Shown here: in pieces, positions 26,079 to 37,300 of the stretch
Layout: every line of letters starts with the position of its first letter
Position numbering within the stretch: the stretch's first letter is position 1
Assembly (NCBI GenBank): GCA_944383405.1
Contig: CALWPL010000006.1
Coordinates: 10,127-74,126 of the forward strand
Direction: 5' to 3'
DNA length: 64,000 nt
From: an uncultured Clostridia bacterium
GTDB taxonomy: Bacteria; Bacillota; Clostridia; Christensenellales; UBA1242
Translations under genes and position numbers: made by a program
Notes under the pieces: generated by a model
The model's input: only the letters and a program-made list of their open reading frames with translations
Database searches by the model: none
Told to the model about the DNA's origin: nothing

Positions 26079-27371
26079 ATGAATAGTATTGTATGTAAGT
26101 TTGGCGGTTCTTCACTTGCAAGTGCTGAAAATATTAGAATTGTTGCAAATATAATAGAAAAAGACAAAAAACAGTTTGTTGTTGTCTCGGCTCCTGGCAA
26201 AAGATTTGATGGGGATATAAAAGTTACTGATTTACTGATTTCTTGCTATAAATTATCAAGAGCAAAAAAAAGTTTTGATGACCTTTTTAATAAAATTAGA
26301 CTAAGATTTGAAGAACTAATTTATGCTCTTAAAGTTGATATTGATTTAAAAAGTGATTTTGACAATTTATATGATGAATTAAACAATTGTCAAAATTATG
26401 ATTATATTTTATCAAGGGGTGAATATCTAACAGCAAAGATAATATCAAAGTTGTTAAATTATAATTTTCTTGATGCAAAGGATTTTATAGTCTTTAACAA
26501 GAAAAATAAAGTAAATTTAGTTAGGTCAAAAAAACTTTTTAAAAGTTGTATAAATAAAGAATTGTGTTATGTGATTCCTGGATTTTATGGGAAAGATGAA
26601 AATAACAAGATAAAAGTTTTTTCTCGTGGAGGTTCAGATATAACAGGGGCGATAGTTGCCGTTCTTGCAAACCTTCAAAAATATGAAAATTTTACAGATG
26701 TTGATGGTGTTTTTGACATTGACCCAAGAAAGTGCAAGAAAGCAGAAATTATAAAAATGTTAAGTTATAAAGAAATGAGAGTTTTATCAAGTTGTGGGGC
26801 AGGGATTTTACATCAAGATTGTTTAGAGATTTTAGATAAAAATGACATTGTTTTAAACATTAGAAACACATTTAAGATAGGGAGTAGCGGAAGTTTCATT
26901 TTGCCTAATCATTATGTAAAAAACAAGTCTCTTTGTGGAATAACTGGAGAAGTGGGATATGTTATAATTAACATTGAAGCTTTAAATATTTCACGAAATA
27001 ATAAATTGCTTCAGAGAATTGTTAGTAATTTAAATAGTTATAATAAGGAAATAAAAAGAATAATTGAAGGGGTAGACAATATTTCTTTAATTGTGAAAGA
27101 TGATGATAGTTTTATTGAAGAAAAAATAGAAGATATTGTCGGAGTTACAAATTTAAATATAAGTCTTAAAAGAGTTGCTTTGATTTCTATCGTTGGACTA
27201 CAAGTAAAAGAAAATCGTTTGTTGCAAAATAAAATTTTTGATAGTTTAGGAAAAATAAGTTGTAGAGTTTTGGCAATAGTTCACACTAACCAAGATATAA
27301 GTTTTACGATTGGAGTTGAAGAAAATAAGTTTGAAGAGACGCTAAATTTTTTGCATGATAGGTTGTTTTGA
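26079..27371 (+). CDS. lysC: aspartate kinase
   Basis: VCKFGGSSLAS start, amino-acid-kinase fold, C-terminal ACT-like region; lies in the asd-dapA-dapB cluster. Confidence 0.85.
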   Translation: MNSIVCKFGGSSLASAENIRIVANIIEKDKKQFVVVSAPGKRFDGDIKVTDLLISCYKLSRAKKSFDDLFNKIRLRFEELIYALKVDIDLKSDFDNLYDELNNCQNYDYILSRGEYLTAKIISKLLNYNFLDAKDFIVFNKKNKVNLVRSKKLFKSCINKELCYVIPGFYGKDENNKIKVFSRGGSDITGAIVAVLANLQKYENFTDVDGVFDIDPRKCKKAEIIKMLSYKEMRVLSSCGAGILHQDCLEILDKNDIVLNIRNTFKIGSSGSFILPNHYVKNKSLCGITGEVGYVIINIEALNISRNNKLLQRIVSNLNSYNKEIKRIIEGVDNISLIVKDDDSFIEEKIEDIVGVTNLNISLKRVALISIVGLQVKENRLLQNKIFDSLGKISCRVLAIVHTNQDISFTIGVEENKFEETLNFLHDRLF

Positions 27372-27396
27372 TATACAAAAAATAAAAAATTAGAGA

Positions 27397-27432
27397 AAAA
27401 AGCAATATAAATTAGAATATATTGCTTTTTTT
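27397..27432 (+). terminator. rho-independent terminator after the dap/lys cluster
   Basis: AAAAGCAATATA pairs with TATATTGCTTTT, followed by a T-run. Confidence 0.75.
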
Positions 27433-27668
27433 GTTTGAGTTTAATAATAATTTTATGTATAATAAATACAGAATATAACAGGAAAAGATTATCTTAAACT
27501 GTAATTTCTAAAAGGTAAAGTTTAAAAAAAGATTATATTTATTTTTAATGACTGACGCATAAAATAAATACGAAAAGCAAATGTTTAAAGTAAATAACAT
27601 TATTTTAGATTTTTAAATAAAAAGATTTGTTTTCGTTAGTAAATATTTAAGACTTAGGAGAAGTGGAT

Positions 27669-28691
27669 ATGAAAATAGTGGTTGATTGTCATGGAAATGA
27701 TCGTGGAGCAAAAGTAGCGGTTGAGGCAAGTGTAAAAGTTGTAAATGAACATGACGACATTTCGATTGTTCTTGTAGGGGTTGAGGAAGAGTTAAAACAC
27801 ATACTTTCTTTGCTTGATTATGATGAAAATAGAATTGAAATTTATCCTGCAAGTCAAATAATAACTAATGAAGAGTCTCCAACAGAGGCTGTAAAGAAGA
27901 AAAAAGATTCAAGTCTTGTTAGGGCTTTTGAAAAACTAAAAGAAGACAAAGAAGTAGTTGGGCTTGTTTCTTGTGGCAGCACTGGGGCTGTACTTACTGG
28001 TGCTTTTTTAAAGATTGGTAGAATAAGAGGAATATCAAGACCAGCACTTTGTCCAATGCTACCAACAAAAACAGGCGGGAAGGTTTTATTAATTGATTCT
28101 GGCGCAAACACTGATTGTAAACCTATTAACTTATGTCATTTTGCAATAATGGCAACAAGTTATGCGAAGGCCTTTCTTGGCGTAGAAAATCCAAGAGTAG
28201 CATTACTTAATATTGGAACAGAAGACAAAAAAGGAAATGAATTTACGCATGAATGTTTTAAACTTTTAAAGGAAATGCCTATAAACTTTGTTGGAAATAT
28301 GGAAGCAAGAGATTTTATGAGTGGAAAATATGACATTGTAGTAGCAGATGGGTTTTACGGAAATATTCTTTTAAAATCTGTTGAAGGGACTGCTAGATTT
28401 GTTATGGGAGAGTTAAAAAAGGGTATCAAAGATTCTTTTTGGAGTAAAATTGGGGCAGTATTTATGAAAAGCACCTTCAATAATTTAAAAGAACTTTTTA
28501 ATATAAATAATCATGGTGGGGCTGCGTTTTTAGGGGTTAAGAAACTTGTTGTAAAAGGGCATGGGGCTGCGGATAGCGTTGCGTTTGAAAAGTGTATTTT
28601 GCAAGTGAAAACTCTTGCGGAGTATGATTTGTGTAAAAAGATTGAAACCGAAGTTCATGCTTTGGGGGATAAATTAAATGGGGGAGATTGA
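27669..28691 (+). CDS. plsX: phosphate acyltransferase PlsX
   Basis: ATG 8 nt after AGGAG (ORF-track GTG at 27663). PlsX-like blocks: VDCHGNDRGA, GSTGAVL, VKGHGAAD. Confidence 0.93.
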   Translation: MKIVVDCHGNDRGAKVAVEASVKVVNEHDDISIVLVGVEEELKHILSLLDYDENRIEIYPASQIITNEESPTEAVKKKKDSSLVRAFEKLKEDKEVVGLVSCGSTGAVLTGAFLKIGRIRGISRPALCPMLPTKTGGKVLLIDSGANTDCKPINLCHFAIMATSYAKAFLGVENPRVALLNIGTEDKKGNEFTHECFKLLKEMPINFVGNMEARDFMSGKYDIVVADGFYGNILLKSVEGTARFVMGELKKGIKDSFWSKIGAVFMKSTFNNLKELFNINNHGGAAFLGVKKLVVKGHGAADSVAFEKCILQVKTLAEYDLCKKIETEVHALGDKLNGGD

Positions 28692-29361
28692 TTACAAAAA
28701 AATCGAAAAAATTATTCACTATGGATTTAAAAACAAAGACATATTAAAAACAGCCTTTACTCATTCTTCATATGCCAATCAACACAATGTTGAAAGTTAT
28801 GAAAGGTACGAGTATTTGGGAGATTCAATACTAAATTTTGTGATAGCAGACTCTCTTTTTAAAAGTTACGAGAATGAGCAAGAAGGTACGCTTACAAAAT
28901 GGAGAGCAAAACTTGTCAATAGTGATAATTTATCGTATATTATTAAGGAACTTGACCTTGAAAAATTTGTGTTAATTGGGGATTCAGCAAAAAAACAAGA
29001 TTTTACAAAGTCAATGAGAGAAGATTTGTTTGAAAGTATTGTTGGGGCTATTTATCTTGATAGTAGTTTGGAAAAGGCAAGAAGATTTATATTAAGATTT
29101 ATTGACACAACAAACATGAACAAAAAAAAGGATATTGATTATAAGAGTTTATTACAAGAAAGAATTCAAAGTACTCATGGGGCAAATTTAGTGTATTTTA
29201 CTTATGAGGACCCACTTGAAAAAGGGAGATTTTGCTCAGAAGTTTACATAAATGATATTTTTGTTGCAAGGGCTTTTTCAAGGAGTAAAAAAAATGCACA
29301 ACTTGAATGTGCAAAACTTGCTTTAAGTGATGATAAGACTCTTGATAAAATTTTAAACTAG
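28678..29361 (+). CDS. rnc: ribonuclease III
   Basis: RNase III signature ERYEYLGDSILNF and a C-terminal dsRBD; overlaps the plsX stop. Confidence 0.93.
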   Translation: MGEIDYKKIEKIIHYGFKNKDILKTAFTHSSYANQHNVESYERYEYLGDSILNFVIADSLFKSYENEQEGTLTKWRAKLVNSDNLSYIIKELDLEKFVLIGDSAKKQDFTKSMREDLFESIVGAIYLDSSLEKARRFILRFIDTTNMNKKKDIDYKSLLQERIQSTHGANLVYFTYEDPLEKGRFCSEVYINDIFVARAFSRSKKNAQLECAKLALSDDKTLDKILN

Positions 29362-29379
29362 TATAAAGGAAGGACTAAA

Positions 29380-32300
29380 TTGAATTTTAAAAAGATTGAA
29401 CTTGTTGGTTTTAAATCATTTGCTGACAAATTAGAGATTAAATTTGACTCTGGTATTACTGGTATTGTTGGACCTAATGGTTGTGGTAAGTCCAATGTTT
29501 CTGATGCTATTCGTTGGGTGCTTGGGGAACAAAGTACAAAACTATTGCGAAGTAGCAATATGCAGGATGTTATTTTTAATGGGACTGAAAGAAGAAAAAG
29601 TATGTCCTATTGTGAAGTTTCTTTGTTTTTTGATAATACTAGTAGAATGTTTGACCTTAACTTTGATGAAGTTGCTTTTACTAGAAAACTTTATAGGTCT
29701 GGTGAAAGTGAGTATTTAATTAACGGAACACCATGTAGGTTAAAGGACATTACAAACGCACTTCACGATTCTGGTATTGGTAAGGAAGGTTACTCAATTA
29801 TTGGACAGGGTAAAGTTGAAGAGATTATTAGTGCAAAGCCAGAAAACAGAAGAGCAATTTTTGAAGAAGCGGCAGGGATTGCAAAGTTTAAGCAAAGAAA
29901 AATAGAGGCGGAAAGAAAACTTGATAGAACGCAAGAAAATTTAAATCGTGCACTTGATGTTTTGGCTGAACAGGAAAGGCAACTGGGGCCACTAAAAAAG
30001 CAGTCTGAGAATGCAAAACTATATCTTGGATATAAGGAAGAATTGAAAAGTCTTGAAGTAAATGTTTATGTTAATCAATATGAGAATGCAAGCACAATAA
30101 AAAACGAAATTCAAACTAAAATAGATGGGTATAATGAAGAAATTGATATAAAGCAAAAGCAACTTGATGAAATGAATAATCAATATGATAGTAAAATGTC
30201 CGAGGTTTCTCAAATTGATAGAACACTTCAAAATGTTAATGACCAAATACTTGATATGACAGTTGAACTTGAAAAAAGAACAGGGGAGTCAAATGTTGTA
30301 AAGGAAAGGTTGAAATTTTTGAGTGATGATAAAGAATCTCTTGAACAAGATTATCAAAAAGAGTTGTTAAACAGAGAAAATTCTTTAAAATTAATTGAAA
30401 GCAATGAAAGTTTAAAAAGTCAAAAGGAAGAAGAGTATAAAGAGATAAGTTTTAAGTTGTCAAACTTAACAGATAAATATTTAAAGATTGTTGACGAACT
30501 AACAGGTGCAGAAGATGAGGCGACAAAGAGACAAAGGGAGATGATAGATGAACTTTCTAAGATGACGGACATTAAATCAAATCTTTCTGCTCTTAAAGCC
30601 CAAAAAGATGCTTATCTTAATAATATTACAGACTTAGATGAAAAAATTTACACTTTACAAGAAAGAATAAAAGAAAAGGAAGGCGCATTGACTCTTGCGT
30701 CAAAAACAGCACAAGAAGCACAATTCTCTTATGAGAAATTGCAGAGTAGTGCACAAAAAACGCAAAGTGAGATTGACGATTTACAAAACAAACTTAGGGA
30801 GAACAACGAAAAATTAAATCAGAGTTCATCAAATATTCAAATCCTTCAAAATAGAAAGAAAGTTCTTGAAGATATGCAACGAGACTATGATGGGTTTAAC
30901 TATTCTGTAAAAAGACTTATGCAGGACAGTAAAAATCAAAGAGAATTGCAGGCAAGAATTGTTGGCATTGTGGCGTCTAGCATGACAATTCCAAAAGGCT
31001 TTGAAACGGCTATTGAAGTCGCTCTTGGTGGGGCAGTACAAGATGTTATTACAAAGAATGAAGAAGATGCAAAATATCTTATTAATTACTTAAAGCGAAA
31101 CAACTTTGGGCGTGCGACATTTTTGCCTATAACTTCTATGAAGGTAAGGCTTTTAAATGAAACTGAACAGGGAATTGTAAGAAGAAATAAAACTTTTGGC
31201 GTCGCATCAAGCGTTGTAAAATATGATTTATCGTTAAGAAGTATTTTTGAAAGTTTGCTTGGAAGGACTGTTGTTGTTAATACTACTGATGACGCAATTA
31301 GCCTTGCAAGACAGGCGGGTTACTCTTTTAGAATTGTTACGCTTGAAGGGGAAGTTATTAATCCTCAAGGTTCAATTAGTGGTGGTAGTAAAAAGGCAGT
31401 AACATCAAATCTTTTAATGCGAGATAACGAAATAGAAAATTTATCTATTCAAATCACAAAACTTACAAATAGTTATAATGAATTTAAGTCTTTAAAGGCT
31501 AGTCTTGAAAATAAACTTGCAAGTCTTTCAATGCAAAATAATGAAATTCAGGAAAAACTTGTAGTAGCACAAGTTGAAAGCGCAAAGCAAAATCAAAATT
31601 ACGAACAGTTAAGTGTTTATGTTGATGAGTTAAATAAGGAAAGAATTTCTTTAAGTCAAGAAAAGATTGATTTTTCAACAAAAATTGAAGTTATTACAAA
31701 GGCACTTTCGTCTACTGGACAGGATTTTGATAAACAAATAGAAGGTTCTGAGCAACTGGAAAATACTCAAAAGTTGTTTACAAACCTGAGAAGTGAAAGA
31801 GATGCTTTACAAAATGAGATTACGGAGTTAAAAATTCAGAAAACAGCACTTGAAGGCGAAATTTCAAACATTGAAAATGAAATTGCAAGACTTGACGACT
31901 ATTTAAAACAGACTGATTTCACTTTAACAGATTTAAAGAATAATCTTGATAGAGTAGAAGAAAGTTTAAAGGTTGCAAAACAAATAGTTGAAGAAAAACT
32001 TGATAGTGTAGACGATAACGAACTTAGGTCAAAAATTGAACTTGCTAGACAAAGACTTGGAGAACTGGATAAGAAGAAACAAGATTTACAGGTAGATATT
32101 CATAGGCTCGATGATGAAAAAGCAAGATACATGAATGACCTTAATATTATTCAGGAAAAGAAGTATCAACAAACAGCGGCATTAACAAAGGTTGATACTG
32201 ATATTGAGACAATGCAAGAAAAGATTTTTGAGGATTATGAACTTACATATTCTTCGTGTTTGCCACTAAAAATAGAGAATTTTGATGTAAAAGAAGGGCT

Positions 32301-32985
32301 TATTGAAATTAATAGGCTGAAAAAAGAAATTTCAAAATTAGGATACATTAATGTTAATGCAATAGAAGATTGTAAGGAATTAATGGAAAGATATGAAGCA
32401 CTAAGTTCTCAGGCGCAGGATTTGACAACAGCCAAAGAAGATTTGACAAAAATTATCAAAGATTTAGCAGAAGAGATGATAACTCGTTTTGATAGCGCTT
32501 TTGAGAAAATTCAAGAGAATTTTTCAAAGACATTTAGAGAACTTTTTGGTGGCGGTAATGCTAAACTTGAACTTACTGAAAGCGAAGACCCACTTCAAGC
32601 AGGTGTTGAAATTATTGCAGAACCTCCTGGGAAGAAATTGCAGAGCATAACTCTTCTTAGCGGTGGAGAAAAGGCGCTTACTGCTATTGCTATTTTATTT
32701 GCAATTCTTCGCCTTCGCCCAATGCCTTTCTGTTTGCTTGACGAAATAGAGGCCGCTCTTGACGATACGAATGTTTCAAGATTTGCGCAATACTTGAAGA
32801 ACTTTTCTAAGGATACTCAATTTATTGTCATTACTCACCGTAAGCCTACTATGATGCTTACAGATTCACTATATGGTGTAACTATGGAAGAGCCTGGAGT
32901 AAGCAAGATTGTTTCTGTCAAACTTGAAGATGCTATAAAAATTTCAGAAGATAAAAAGGATAATAAGCAAAAGGCAACAGGTTAA
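29380..32985 (+). CDS. smc: chromosome partition protein Smc
   Basis: TTG start after AAAGGAAGG. Walker A GPNGCGKSN, long coiled coils, hinge, signature LSGGEKALTAIA, Walker B FCLLDEIEAALD. Confidence 0.96.
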   Translation: MNFKKIELVGFKSFADKLEIKFDSGITGIVGPNGCGKSNVSDAIRWVLGEQSTKLLRSSNMQDVIFNGTERRKSMSYCEVSLFFDNTSRMFDLNFDEVAFTRKLYRSGESEYLINGTPCRLKDITNALHDSGIGKEGYSIIGQGKVEEIISAKPENRRAIFEEAAGIAKFKQRKIEAERKLDRTQENLNRALDVLAEQERQLGPLKKQSENAKLYLGYKEELKSLEVNVYVNQYENASTIKNEIQTKIDGYNEEIDIKQKQLDEMNNQYDSKMSEVSQIDRTLQNVNDQILDMTVELEKRTGESNVVKERLKFLSDDKESLEQDYQKELLNRENSLKLIESNESLKSQKEEEYKEISFKLSNLTDKYLKIVDELTGAEDEATKRQREMIDELSKMTDIKSNLSALKAQKDAYLNNITDLDEKIYTLQERIKEKEGALTLASKTAQEAQFSYEKLQSSAQKTQSEIDDLQNKLRENNEKLNQSSSNIQILQNRKKVLEDMQRDYDGFNYSVKRLMQDSKNQRELQARIVGIVASSMTIPKGFETAIEVALGGAVQDVITKNEEDAKYLINYLKRNNFGRATFLPITSMKVRLLNETEQGIVRRNKTFGVASSVVKYDLSLRSIFESLLGRTVVVNTTDDAISLARQAGYSFRIVTLEGEVINPQGSISGGSKKAVTSNLLMRDNEIENLSIQITKLTNSYNEFKSLKASLENKLASLSMQNNEIQEKLVVAQVESAKQNQNYEQLSVYVDELNKERISLSQEKIDFSTKIEVITKALSSTGQDFDKQIEGSEQLENTQKLFTNLRSERDALQNEITELKIQKTALEGEISNIENEIARLDDYLKQTDFTLTDLKNNLDRVEESLKVAKQIVEEKLDSVDDNELRSKIELARQRLGELDKKKQDLQVDIHRLDDEKARYMNDLNIIQEKKYQQTAALTKVDTDIETMQEKIFEDYELTYSSCLPLKIENFDVKEGLIEINRLKKEISKLGYINVNAIEDCKELMERYEALSSQAQDLTTAKEDLTKIIKDLAEEMITRFDSAFEKIQENFSKTFRELFGGGNAKLELTESEDPLQAGVEIIAEPPGKKLQSITLLSGGEKALTAIAILFAILRLRPMPFCLLDEIEAALDDTNVSRFAQYLKNFSKDTQFIVITHRKPTMMLTDSLYGVTMEEPGVSKIVSVKLEDAIKISEDKKDNKQKATG

Positions 32986-33044
32986 TAAGTTATTTATTAA
33001 TAGTATAAAAATCTTTGTTTGAATATTAAAGGATATTGTATAGT

Positions 33045-33941
33045 ATGGGACTTTTTTCAAAAATAAAAAATGGACTAAAAAAGACAAAAGACGCATTAAT
33101 AACAAAGTTAAATGCGGTTTTTCGTGGTGGCGATATTGATAGCGAATTTTATGAAGATTTGGAGTTTGCTTTAATTAGTAGCGATATGGGTGTTGAGACT
33201 TCTCAACTTATCATTTCAAATTTGAAGGATAGAGTAAGAGAGAAACATATTTATAAACAGGAAAAAGCAAGAGATGAACTGAAAGATATTTTAATTGATG
33301 TTTTAAGTTCAACTCCTAAAAAAGATTATAGTTATCCAATAATAATTACTATTGTCGGAGTTAATGGCGTTGGAAAAACAACAACAATTGGTAAACTAGC
33401 GCATTATTTTAAGAGTAAGAAAAAGTCTGTTACGCTTGTTGCAGGGGATACTTTTAGGGCGGCTGCTAGCGAACAACTTGTTGAATGGGCAAAAAGGGCT
33501 GATGTGAAAATTGTAAAACATCAGGAAGGTGCTGACCCTGGGGCTGTTGTATATGACGGTATTGCTAGTGCTAAGGCAAAGGGTACAGATGTTTTAATTG
33601 TAGATACAGCAGGTAGACTTCACACAAAAGTTAATCTTATGGAAGAATTAAAGAAAATTAATAGAATTGAAAATAGAGAATGGGAAGAGGCTCAAAAACT
33701 TAATTTTATTGTTCTTGACGCAACAATTGGTCAAAATTCTCTTGTTCAAATAAACGCTTTTAAAGATGCAATTGGGATTGATGGTATTATCCTAACTAAA
33801 CTTGATGGAACAAGTAAAGGAGGAATAGTTTTCCCAATCATTAAAGAACTTAATACTCCTGTCTATTTTGTAGGAGTTGGCGAAAAAATGGATGACCTAG
33901 AAGAATTTGATGCCGAAAAATTTGTGGATGGGCTTTTATAA
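33045..33941 (+). CDS. ftsY: signal recognition particle receptor FtsY
   Basis: NG domain with GVNGVGKTTTIGKLA, DTAGRLH, TKLDGTSKGG. ATG at 33045 follows AAAGGA; the ORF-track TTG is at 33036. Confidence 0.95.
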   Translation: MGLFSKIKNGLKKTKDALITKLNAVFRGGDIDSEFYEDLEFALISSDMGVETSQLIISNLKDRVREKHIYKQEKARDELKDILIDVLSSTPKKDYSYPIIITIVGVNGVGKTTTIGKLAHYFKSKKKSVTLVAGDTFRAAASEQLVEWAKRADVKIVKHQEGADPGAVVYDGIASAKAKGTDVLIVDTAGRLHTKVNLMEELKKINRIENREWEEAQKLNFIVLDATIGQNSLVQINAFKDAIGIDGIILTKLDGTSKGGIVFPIIKELNTPVYFVGVGEKMDDLEEFDAEKFVDGLL

Positions 33942-33981
33942 CACTACATGTTTAAAACTTTTTGAATAATATGTTTTGTTT

Positions 33982-34014
33982 AACAACTCTTATTAAACAT
34001 AAGGGTTGTTTTTA
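33982..34014 (+). terminator. terminator after ftsY
   Basis: AACAACTCTTA pairs with TAAGGGTTGTT (one mismatch), followed by TTT. Confidence 0.55.
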
Positions 34015-34074
34015 GTAGGAATATAATAAAAAGATAATAAAAGCTTTTGTTGTAACATATAACAGATTTTGATT

Positions 34075-34103
34075 TTGTATTAAGTTTTTTTGCTTGCTAT
34101 ACT
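34075..34103 (+). promoter_or_regulatory. sigma-A-like promoter of the LRR surface-protein gene
   Basis: TTGTAT (34075-34080), 17-nt spacer, TATACT (34098-34103). This would give a 5' UTR of about 210 nt. Confidence 0.4.
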
Positions 34104-34318
34104 GTTGAGAGAAGTGATAAAATAAATTATAATTAAGAAATAAATTAAATTTTATATATTTTAATTATAAGGGTAAAATTAAAGATTGAATATGGTTAAT
34201 GCATTTAAAAATGAAAAAGTAAAGGATAAGGATATAAATAAAAAATTTTATAGAAAAATATAAACAGCATAAATAAAAATTAAAATTGGCAAAATATTGT
34301 TACAAAGGAGAAAAACAC

Positions 34319-37300
34319 ATGACAATGAGAAGACAGATACTTATATCAACATTTTTTATATTATTATCACTATGCCTATTTGTAATGTCAATATATATTG
34401 CATTATCAGCCATGAATCATAGTTTTGATAGTAGTGTCAATGTAGGGTATGAAGTTGAAGGCAGGGTTGTTTTACAAATAGTAAATAATGAAGGAAGTAA
34501 CATAACCTATGATAATAATAAGGTTGTGTATGATGAAGATAGTGGACTATTTAGAATAGATGGTGTAGTTCCAGAGATTAGTTTGCTTGCAAGGTCGAGT
34601 AATATGCAAGTAAATAATTTAGATGAATTAACAAATAGTAGTAATCAAGAGTTTTACTATTTTTCGACATTAAAAGAAGTAGGGACAAATTCTGATGAGA
34701 GTATACTAAAAAGTCAAACAAGATATTATGTTTCAACAGAAGAAGACCCTATATGGTATACTGTTCCTGAAACTCCAATTGCAGTATATTCAACATTTTT
34801 GACTCCAAATAATATGACTGGTACACAGGAAGAAACAGAAGGAGAAAGTGTAGTTGTTATATCTCATGCTGTAACGAGTTTAAGTAGTTCTGCATTTATG
34901 GGTAATAGCCAAATTGAGAGTGTAGTAATACCAAATAGTGTACAGAGTATAGAGTCAGAGGTAAATACTTCGACAGGTGTAGAAGAAGGGGCTTTTTTAA
35001 ATTGTTCAAATTTAACGAATGTGATACTACCAAGTAGTGTAGAAAATATATCAGCGGAAGCGTTTTCGGGTAGCGGAGAAGTAAGTAATGCCACTTATGA
35101 CAATGCAAACTATTTAGGTAATGAAGCAAATCCATATTTGATTTTAACAAGTGGTTTATCAAGCGAAATTTCTACAATTAATATACATAGCGATTGTGAG
35201 ATAATACAAAGTTATGCGTTTAATAATTATGACAATTTAACGAGTGTAAACTTGCCAAGCAAGATAAGAGAAATAGGGGTTTATGCATTTTCTGATTGTA
35301 ATAAATTAGAGAGCGTAGTATTTAGTGGGACAAGTTTAACAGAGATAAAAGACAATGTATTTAGTGATAGTGGGATAAGTAGTATAATCATACCAGAAGG
35401 AGTAGAAGAGATAGGGTATGAGAGTTTTTATGCGTGCATAAATTTAACTGAGATTACTCTACCAAGCACACTTAAAGTAATAGATGGAAGTTTTGGAAGG
35501 TGTGTTAAGTTAGAAAGCGTAACAATACCAAGCAGTGTAACTAATATTGGAAGGTATGCATTTAATGGTTGTGTGAAATTAGAAGAAGTGGTGCTTTCAA
35601 GTGGGGTTATAGTAATAGATGATGAGGCGTTTGCAAATTGTAGGAGATTAACAGGGATAATACTACCAAATACAGTAACAACAATTGGAACATTTGCGTT
35701 TGATAATTGTAGTAGTATGAATTATGTAGTGATACCAGAAAGTGCGGTGAATATAGAGAACAATGCATTCATGTCATGTAATAGTTTAACAATATATTCA
35801 GAGACAGAAAGCGAACTGGCAAGTTGGGTTGATAATTGGAATCCAGATAGTAGACCTGTATACTATTTTGGAGATTGGGAATATGATAATGGTATACCAA
35901 CACATGCAACAATTTCTCTTGGCTTTGTTGACAACATAGGAAGTGATATAGAAGAAACAAACTTTGAGATAGTGTACAATCCAAGTAATAGGAATGAATT
36001 TAGGATAGATGGAATAGTGCCAATATCAAATGGACAAGGCGGAATAACAAATTTAAGTAGTTTGCAAAATAACTTAGACCAAGAGTTCTATTTCTTCTCA
36101 ACAGATGAAACATGGACATTAGAAGAAAATTCGCAAAGATATTACGCATCAACAGAGGCAAATCCAATATGGTATCAAGTGCCAGAAGAAAGAGATGTAA
36201 CACTTTATTCTGTATTTTTAACACCAAATTGCTTTACAGGTACACAGGAAGATATAGGGAGTAATACAGATATAGTAATCTCTCACCAAGTTACAACTAT
36301 TCCATATAATGCGTTTTCTACAGAAATGGAAGGAGTTAATATTACAAGTGTAATTATTCCAAATAGTGTAACACGAATTGATAGTAAATATGATGAAACA
36401 GGCGAATATGGTGGAGCATTTGCTATGTGCATGAGTCTAACAAATGCAATAATCCCAAGTAGTATTGAATATGTCGGTGGAATGGCATTTATGATGTGTA
36501 CAGGGCTTGCAACAAATATATATGATAGTGGAAAATATATAGGAGTAGGAGAAAATCCTTATGCATTACTTATAGGTCTTACAGATTATACAATAAGTTC
36601 TATTGATATACATGACGAGTGTATTAGTATTCAAGGTGGTGCTTTTGCGGATATGATAACAGGACAAAGTTGTCAAAATTTAACAAATATAAGTATCCCA
36701 AGTAAAGTTAAAAATATTGGATATGGTGTATTTGTATATATGCAAAATTTAAGTAGTGTAACCTTTGAAAAAAATTCAGAGTTAGAAGAAATAGGAGTTA
36801 TGGCTTTTGCTATATCAGGCATTGAAAGTATTATACTACCAAAAAGTGTAAAAGATATAGGTTATCAGGCGTTCGCTTCATGTGGTAATTTAACTAGCCT
36901 TACAATTGAAGAAGGAAATAAATATTATTCGTCAAAAGGGAATTGTTTGATTGAATTATCTACTGGAACATTGGTACAAGGTTTTAAAAATTCAGTAATA
37001 CCTAATGATGGTAGTATAAAAATAATAGGGATAGATGCTTTTAATAGTAATGATGAGTTTACAGGGGATTTAATTATACCTGAGGGAGTAACAACAATAG
37101 AGAGTGGTGCTTTTTATTTTTGTGATGGTTTAAATGGGACTCTTACACTCCCAAGCACACTTAAATTTATTGGAGATTCAGCATTTCAGCATTGTTCAGG
37201 TTTAACAGGGGATCTTGTTATTCCAGAGGGAGTAATAAGTATTGGTGAATCAGCATTTGATGGTTGTGGTAAATTAACTGGAAATTTTGATTTGCCAAAT

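Noticed and set aside
34286-34318. The ORF-track TTG start (MAKYCYKGEKH...) for the giant LRR protein.
   Set aside because: The AAAGGAG RBS lies inside this extension, and the paralog at 62554 starts at the equivalent ATG (MTM...). The downstream ATG at 34319 is therefore preferred.
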